Shown here: positions 58,840 to 64,000 of the stretch, piece after piece | How positions within the stretch are numbered: position 1 is the stretch's first letter | Layout: every line of letters starts with the position of its first letter | NCBI GenBank assembly: GCA_963771885.1 | Contig: CAVYVF010000002.1 | Coordinates: forward strand, 384,001-448,000 | Reading direction: 5' to 3' | Length of the DNA stretch: 64,000 nt | From: Candidatus Bathyarchaeota archaeon | GTDB lineage: Archaea; Thermoproteota; Bathyarchaeia; TCS64 | The notes under the pieces: model-generated | What the model was told of the DNA's origin: nothing | Database searches by the model: none | Seen by the model: only the letters and a program-made list of their open reading frames with translations | Translations under genes and position numbers: made by a program

Positions 58840-59466
58840 CTAACTAGTCTCGAAGTCGTCGATGCTATATCTCATCTCGCCGCTGGCGGGGAGCTCATTG
58901 TGCTCCTTGAGTATCTCACGTGCAATGAGCCAGAAGGCGATCGCGAGCGCGCGGCGACCCTTGTTGTTCATCGGAATGACGAGGTCGACGTTGCTTTTGC
59001 TGTTGTCGGTGCTTGCTAGGGCGATTACGGGGACGCCGTTCTGGGCTGCCTCGATTACGATCTGGTCGTCGGCGAGGCTGTCAGTCACTATGACTGCGGA
59101 GGGCTCGAAGAATCCTGCATATGCTGGGTTCGTGAAGGTGCCTGATGTGAATCTGCCCGTGATGGACTTGCAGCCGACGGTCTCGCAGAACATCTCGACG
59201 GGGCTCCTGCCGTACCTCTTGCTCGAGGCGACGACTACCTTGCTGAGGTTCATGCGGCTGAGGAACTTCGCGGCTACCTTAATCCGCTCGTTCATCTGCT
59301 CCATGTCGAGGACGTAGAGTCCGTCTGGGCGGACCTTGTAGATGAATGGCTCCATGTCCTTTGTTTTTACGCGAGTGCCGATGTGGACGCCCGCGGATAG
59401 TAGGACCTCCTGCGGTAGCAGTAGGTTCTCGTTGATCGGCTGCTGTGCCTCATTCTCCGGCTCCAA
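58840..59466 (-). CDS. rps2: 30S ribosomal protein S2
   Basis: AGVHIGT, RPDGL, GRFTSGTFTNP, PMNNKGR. Confidence 0.96.
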   Translation of the reverse strand: MEPENEAQQPINENLLLPQEVLLSAGVHIGTRVKTKDMEPFIYKVRPDGLYVLDMEQMNERIKVAAKFLSRMNLSKVVVASSKRYGRSPVEMFCETVGCKSITGRFTSGTFTNPAYAGFFEPSAVIVTDSLADDQIVIEAAQNGVPVIALASTDNSKSNVDLVIPMNNKGRRALAIAFWLIAREILKEHNELPASGEMRYSIDDFETS

Positions 59467-59694
59467 CTAGTTTCCTCCCTTTACCTCTAGACTCTTCTGT
59501 CCTTCGTGGAACTTGATCACGTCGTCTATGATCTCGACGTGGGAGAGGATCATGCGGCGGCAGCAGTAACGCGTTACGCCGAGGTCGTCGAGGACTTTTC
59601 CAGGCTCCTCTCCTGCATCGACGCGCTTCTTGAACGGCTCCCACTTGTCGCCTACGACCTTCCCGCATGAGAAGCATCTCACGGGTATTATCAT
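59467..59694 (-). CDS. rpoN: RNA polymerase subunit N (Rpo10)
   Basis: [19 protein letters not shown]. Confidence 0.96.
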   Translation of the reverse strand: MIIPVRCFSCGKVVGDKWEPFKKRVDAGEEPGKVLDDLGVTRYCCRRMILSHVEIIDDVIKFHEGQKSLEVKGGN

Positions 59695-59767
59695 TTTTTC
59701 AGTCTCCTCTCCACGTCCCTGTGGCGATTCCACCTTGTCAACTATCAGGAGGAATAAAAATACTTCT

Positions 59768-60124
59768 CTATTTCGTTATCCGAGTATTTTTTGGCTTCTC
59801 TATTCCCGCCTTTTTGCGTAGTGTCTTTATGGTTCCACTGACGCGCTGGACGCGTATCGCGGTGGGGACTCCGGATACTTCGACTATCGAGGCGAGGGAG
59901 GCACGGAGGAATCTCTCCGTTTCGTGGGTGCAGCGGATTATCCCCGACTTCGCTGCCTCGTTATATTCAATTAGATTAGGGTCGATAAGTGAGAGTCCCT
60001 TCGAGCCGTAGAGGGTGAGTATGGAGTCGCGTATCGCCTCCCAGATCGCCTTCTCAACTATGGGGGATTCGATTGTGACACTGAAGAGCAGGTATCTGCG
60101 CCTCACGCTGCGTACGGGCATCAT
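59768..60124 (-). CDS. rnp2: RNase P protein Pop5/Rpp14
   Basis: RRRYLLF, LYGSKG, GIIRC, VSGTIK. Confidence 0.9.
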   Translation of the reverse strand: MMPVRSVRRRYLLFSVTIESPIVEKAIWEAIRDSILTLYGSKGLSLIDPNLIEYNEAAKSGIIRCTHETERFLRASLASIVEVSGVPTAIRVQRVSGTIKTLRKKAGIEKPKNTRITK

Positions 60125-60762
60125 GGTTCCTCCTCGTGCTCTGCGTGGTTTCTGGCGAGAATTGCCTCGGGTATTGTAGAGAGCATGTCGGCGGCGTAGT
60201 CCTCGTCTATGTCGAGGAGGGTTGCGAGTGCAGTAAGCGCACGTGGCTCCCGCATCAGAATAGACGATGTTGCGCCACTTGATAGGACGACGGGTATGTT
60301 ATGACGGCTAGCGACTACTAGGTCTCTCTTGATGGTCGTTATGACCTTGGCGAGACGCATAGGGCTGGCTGCGAGCAATTCGGAGGCGTTGATCTCGTAT
60401 GCACGCCCTGCTCCGTCGAGAAGCTCCGCCTCGTGGTGGTCAAGCCAGTTCTGTCTCCGCTGCGTGGGGTCCTCGGGGAAGAGAAGTATGTCTACGCGTT
60501 CGTCCCTTGCAACGATGCGTGCAACCTCTTTTGAGAGGCACCTTACAGCGACGATGTTGTATTTTCGCCTGCTTTTTCTCAGGGCATCCTGTAGCTCTTT
60601 GCCACGCTTCGCCTCGATGTCAATCCGGGTCACGACCTTCAACCCCTCAGTGGACTGGGTCGATGCGACGTGGCTGTATCCCAGTTGGGTAGCTAGCTGC
60701 ACCATCTCAGGCGCCTGCTCAGGTGTCGACGGCTTGAGGTGAAGGTCGATGTAGTGCCTCAC
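60121..60762 (-). CDS. rnp3: RNase P protein Rpp30
   Basis: YIDLH, LGY, RVDIL, EIN, SSGA...MREP. Confidence 0.88.
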   Translation of the reverse strand: MRHYIDLHLKPSTPEQAPEMVQLATQLGYSHVASTQSTEGLKVVTRIDIEAKRGKELQDALRKSRRKYNIVAVRCLSKEVARIVARDERVDILLFPEDPTQRRQNWLDHHEAELLDGAGRAYEINASELLAASPMRLAKVITTIKRDLVVASRHNIPVVLSSGATSSILMREPRALTALATLLDIDEDYAADMLSTIPEAILARNHAEHEEEP

Positions 60763-61211
60763 TCCTCGCCTGCCTCCAAGTTAAGAATGAACTCGCGTAC
60801 GACGACGACGGGGTCCGCCTTGTGGGGTAGCTGGAACTTGAACTTGACCCTGATGGGGTCGTTCTCGGCTATTACGGCGCGTCCATGGTATGCCTTTTGC
60901 TTGTCAAGGCGAATGTAGAGGCTTCCCTGTTGGTCTATGTGGTTAGGTAAATTCTGCACCAGGGTCGATTTGTCGAGGCTGCTGAACTTGTCAAGTATGT
61001 TAGCGAGGAAATTGGTCGCCTCCTTTTTCTTCACCGTCTTGGCAGTGAGGAGGTTTATGGGGTCTTCGTAGTGCCCGGAGAGGCGCTGGAACTCGAACTC
61101 GGGCTCGAAGCGTGCTAACCTCTTGACCGCCTGTTTTACCTTTTCCTCGTCCTCCGTAGCGTGGGCAAAGACGCTTATTTCGACGGCCTTTACGAGTCTC
61201 TCCTCGGGCAA
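60759..61211 (-). CDS. DUF54/exosome-associated RNA-binding protein
   Basis: HATEDEEKV, GHY..PI, LYIRLDKQ.AY.G. Confidence 0.88.
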   Translation of the reverse strand: MPEERLVKAVEISVFAHATEDEEKVKQAVKRLARFEPEFEFQRLSGHYEDPINLLTAKTVKKKEATNFLANILDKFSSLDKSTLVQNLPNHIDQQGSLYIRLDKQKAYHGRAVIAENDPIRVKFKFQLPHKADPVVVVREFILNLEAGEE

Positions 61212-61309
61212 AGTGAAACCCTTTCGCTGTATTTGTCATTCGCAGGCTTATTATGGGTTCGCACACCTTGGCAACACTTAACTTCAGGGATGCGCCCACT
61301 CTGCCCGGA

Positions 61310-61385
61310 GCGGCCGTGGCTTAGCGGATAGAGCATGGGCCTTCGGAGCCTATGGTCGAGAGTTCGAATCTCTCCGGCCGCGCCA
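61310..61385 (+). tRNA. tRNA-Arg(TCG)
   Basis: Acceptor stem GCGGCCG/CGGCCGC, TGGGC-CTTCGGA-GCCTA, GAGAG-TTCGAAT-CTCTC, CCA. Confidence 0.95.
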
Positions 61386-61433
61386 TCCCTCAGCCTTTAT
61401 CCGTGAAGAAACCAAACAGGGTATAGGTGCATA

Positions 61434-62030
61434 TTGTTGGAGAAGACTATCCTGTACTGCGATTCGCCAGGAAATAACACCGAGCTCGTCCTAGCGGCAG
61501 CGAAGAAACGGGCGAAGGAACTGAAGATCAGGGATGTCGTTGTGGCGACTACCCATGGTGGGACGGCTATACGTGCAAAAGAGATCTTCGCCGACCCGAA
61601 GCTCAACCTCGTCGCGGTTGGGATCGCCGAGGGGTACAGGGAGAACGGATGGTGCTTCACCGAGGCAGAGAAGGCGAAGCTCGATAAGGTGGGTATTAAA
61701 CCGCTAGTCACGTCCCACGTGCTAGGGGACGGAGTCGCCAGCAGTTTCACCGAGAAGAGCGGCGGTAAGAGCATCGAGGAAGTTGTAAGGGACACACTCT
61801 ACCGCTTCGGGCAGGGAATGAAGGTCGCCGTCGAAATCACACTCATGGCGGCTGACGCTGGGCTGATACCGATGGACCGGGAGGTCATGGCGATCGCAGG
61901 AACGGCGGAGGGTACGGACACCTGCATAGTGGTGAAGCCTTCGTACCCGAGAAAGTTTTACGACCTAGAGATTAGGGAGATCGTGGCGAAGCCCCGAAAT
62001 CTGATGACGGGCACGGAGATAGCGGCTTAA
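61434..62030 (+). CDS. Pyruvate kinase alpha/beta C-terminal-like domain protein (MTH1675-like)
   Basis: PGNNT, VVATTHGGTA, FGQGMKVAVEI..MAADAG, GTDT, EIVAKPR. Confidence 0.85.
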   Translation: MLEKTILYCDSPGNNTELVLAAAKKRAKELKIRDVVVATTHGGTAIRAKEIFADPKLNLVAVGIAEGYRENGWCFTEAEKAKLDKVGIKPLVTSHVLGDGVASSFTEKSGGKSIEEVVRDTLYRFGQGMKVAVEITLMAADAGLIPMDREVMAIAGTAEGTDTCIVVKPSYPRKFYDLEIREIVAKPRNLMTGTEIAA

Positions 62031-62139
62031 ACTACCCTTTCGTAAGTAATAAACAGTTATTTGACATTTATCCGGGTTATGTATAGGAAAAGTGTCATTT
62101 CGTGGCCCCATTAGTTGGACCCGTCCCTCTTTTTTGGTG

Positions 62140-63423
62140 TTAGGGCTTGTAGAAGTAGGGGAAGCCCGCGTAGACCTTGATGCCGAGGACGAGGTTCTCG
62201 ACGGTTATGTACTCGTTGGGCTGGTGGGCTACGCCGCTTATGCTAGTGCCATAGCCTAGGCTGGGGATGCCGGCTATCTTGCTCGTACTTATTCCGTCGG
62301 TTCCACCTGTAAGTATCTTCATACTCGGCCTCTTACCAGTCACCTTCTTGATAGTCTTTGAAAACTGCTTGGCAAAGACGGTGTCGGGGCTCTCGTAGAA
62401 GCCCGCCTTGTCGCCTAGCCTAGCGTGGGTTTCGCGCCCCGACGCCACCTCGACGCCTGAAATGTTCGCCGCCTTTACTATGCGCTCTATCTCCTTCTTG
62501 ACGGTGGATACGCTGGCACCTGGGGTGAGACGTATGTCGAACTCCGCCTCAGCGTAGTCTGGGACGACATTGATCTTGACGCCACCATTGATGATGTTAC
62601 ATGTGACGGATGGATAGTTGAACATGCGCCTGACCATCTTTTGAAGTTCAGGCGTCTTGGAGTCACCCATATAGAACTTGACGCTGTCCCTGATCGGCTT
62701 GTTGAGTGCCTCGGGGAGGTCGAGCTTGAAGTTGCCGATCTTGTAGACTTCGGGGATGACCTTGACGAGCTTCATGATGGCGTTGTCACCGAGGAATGGG
62801 GTGCTACCGTGGGCTGTCTTACCCTTGGCGATGATGCGCGTCTGCGCCCCGCCCTTGCAGCCTAGGTCGATGCTCGGGCTCTCAGCGCCTCCTCCGTTGC
62901 CGTCGCCGATGATACAGACATCGCCCTTGAAGTGGCCTGACTCTGCGAGCCACTTGGCTCCGGCTCCGCCGCCTATCTCTTCGTCGCTTGTGAACCAGAA
63001 CTCTACGGGGTGGGGTACCTTCATATTGCTGAGTATACGCGCGCTGACCATGGCGGATGCGCAGCTGCCCTTCATGTCGCTGCTACCCCTGCCGTGGACG
63101 ACTCCACCCTTTATGACACCGTCGTAGGCTGGGTATTTCCAAGCATCGGGCTTACCCTCGGGGACGACGTCGATGTGCCCCACCCATAGGACCTTGTGGT
63201 CGGACTTGCCGGGTATCTTTGCCACGATGTTCGGCTTCTTAGGGTCCTGCGCGTGAACCTCGTGCTCGATGCCGTATTTTTCTAGGTACTCACCTATGTA
63301 GAGAACGATTTCGTCCGTGCGCCCCTCAGGGTGGGCGCTGTTGAACTTGACGAGCCCTGATGTGAGCTCGGCTACTTCCTTTCCAGACTTTTCTGCTTCC
63401 GTGAAAATCTTCGAGATGCTCAT
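62140..63423 (-). CDS. M20 family metallopeptidase (ArgE/DapE)
   Basis: GHIDVVP, GRGSSDMKG, DEEIGG, AHGS, GGTD, AHQPNE. Confidence 0.92.
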   Translation of the reverse strand: MSISKIFTEAEKSGKEVAELTSGLVKFNSAHPEGRTDEIVLYIGEYLEKYGIEHEVHAQDPKKPNIVAKIPGKSDHKVLWVGHIDVVPEGKPDAWKYPAYDGVIKGGVVHGRGSSDMKGSCASAMVSARILSNMKVPHPVEFWFTSDEEIGGGAGAKWLAESGHFKGDVCIIGDGNGGGAESPSIDLGCKGGAQTRIIAKGKTAHGSTPFLGDNAIMKLVKVIPEVYKIGNFKLDLPEALNKPIRDSVKFYMGDSKTPELQKMVRRMFNYPSVTCNIINGGVKINVVPDYAEAEFDIRLTPGASVSTVKKEIERIVKAANISGVEVASGRETHARLGDKAGFYESPDTVFAKQFSKTIKKVTGKRPSMKILTGGTDGISTSKIAGIPSLGYGTSISGVAHQPNEYITVENLVLGIKVYAGFPYFYKP

Positions 63424-63468
63424 ATGGTGAAGAGGTGTGTGGAAGGTGGTTTTACCACTTTCCCCGAT

Positions 63469-63695
63469 TTACTTCGATTCTGTCTTGGATCGTGGCTTTA
63501 ACAGCAGGAAGACGATGAGGGCAATGATGATGAAATCAACAAGCGCCCGCGCGCGCTTATTTAGGAAGTGAATGAACTCCTGACTGAAAGCCCTCTTCGG
63601 CGGGGGCAGTCGGCGCATGGTGGGCTTCGGGGTGAGCAACTCCTTGATCGTTCGAAACTCCTTTAAAATCAACTTCTGTTGTTCCTTAGTGACAT
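63469..63695 (-). pseudogene. MscL-family mechanosensitive channel remnant with internal deletion
   Basis: ILKEFRTIKELLTPKP...EFIHFLNK joined directly to TM2-like ALVDFIIIALIVFLLLK. Confidence 0.55.
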
Positions 63696-63739
63696 TGAAT
63701 CTGTGGATATCTCGCTCTGGCGTTGAAAAAGTTGTTTGC

Positions 63740-64000
63740 CTAAGGAATGCTCCGTTCCTCGAGGCGTTTGAGCAAAGCGTCCATCTTCTCGGGTAAGAGC
63801 TTCCTTATCGGCAATTGGTATGGGCAGCTAATCTCGCATGCGCCGCAATCTAGGCAAGCTGCGACCTTCGGGGCGACCTCTCTTGTCTGTTTCATGACAC
63901 CTTCCGTCCATCCCATTCGGCGCAGGGTACTCATCTCGGTGCGGAGCACGAAGCTGATTGGTATCCCCGCTGGGCATGGCTGGCAGTAGTCGCAAGCGGC
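63740..64000 (-). CDS. Aldo/keto reductase with C-terminal 4Fe-4S dicluster (3' part, truncated at window edge)
   Basis: CDYCQPCPAGIPI and CLDCGACEISCPYQLPI. Confidence 0.8.
   Translation of the reverse strand, partial: AACDYCQPCPAGIPISFVLRTEMSTLRRMGWTEGVMKQTREVAPKVAACLDCGACEISCPYQLPIRKLLPEKMDALLKRLEERSIP

Noticed and set aside
490..63989. Numerous antisense or overlapping ORFs in the six-frame track
   Set aside because: Shadow ORFs of GC-rich coding genes with no independent motifs

Overview
Archaeal chromosomal segment, most consistent with a TACK archaeon and probably Bathyarchaeia. This assignment is inferred from the GINS23-MCM pair, Rio2, the archaeal rpoN-rps2-MEMO-mvk-ipk-fni-idsA-gltX cluster, rpl7ae/rps28e/rpl24e, an intron-containing tRNA-Tyr and an OST3/6-like protein. 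The window holds about 70 genes and 3 tRNAs (Leu-CAG, Tyr-GTA with intron, Arg-TCG). Single-base frameshifts occur even in essential genes (EF-2, gltX), so they are best read as long-read indel errors. The standout feature is a complete bacillithiol-type locus at 33.4-37.9 kb: bshB, bshC and bshA plus two DinB/S-transferase-like genes. This is a bacterial low-molecular-weight thiol system in an archaeon, and it carries apparent local modifications (a Cys4 insertion in BshC and His-to-Glu changes in the DinB metal triad). Other notable items are a threonine synthase-wHTH fusion, an orphan ParB/Spo0J in a non-coding island with a long inverted repeat, an OSTC/OST3/6-like protein, back-to-back 5'-truncated TrmB and tetraether-synthase-like fragments, a PolB remnant, an internally deleted MscL, and an unannotated CxxC-x17-CxxC protein with a structured leader. 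All calls come from motif recognition by eye; no database searches were run.
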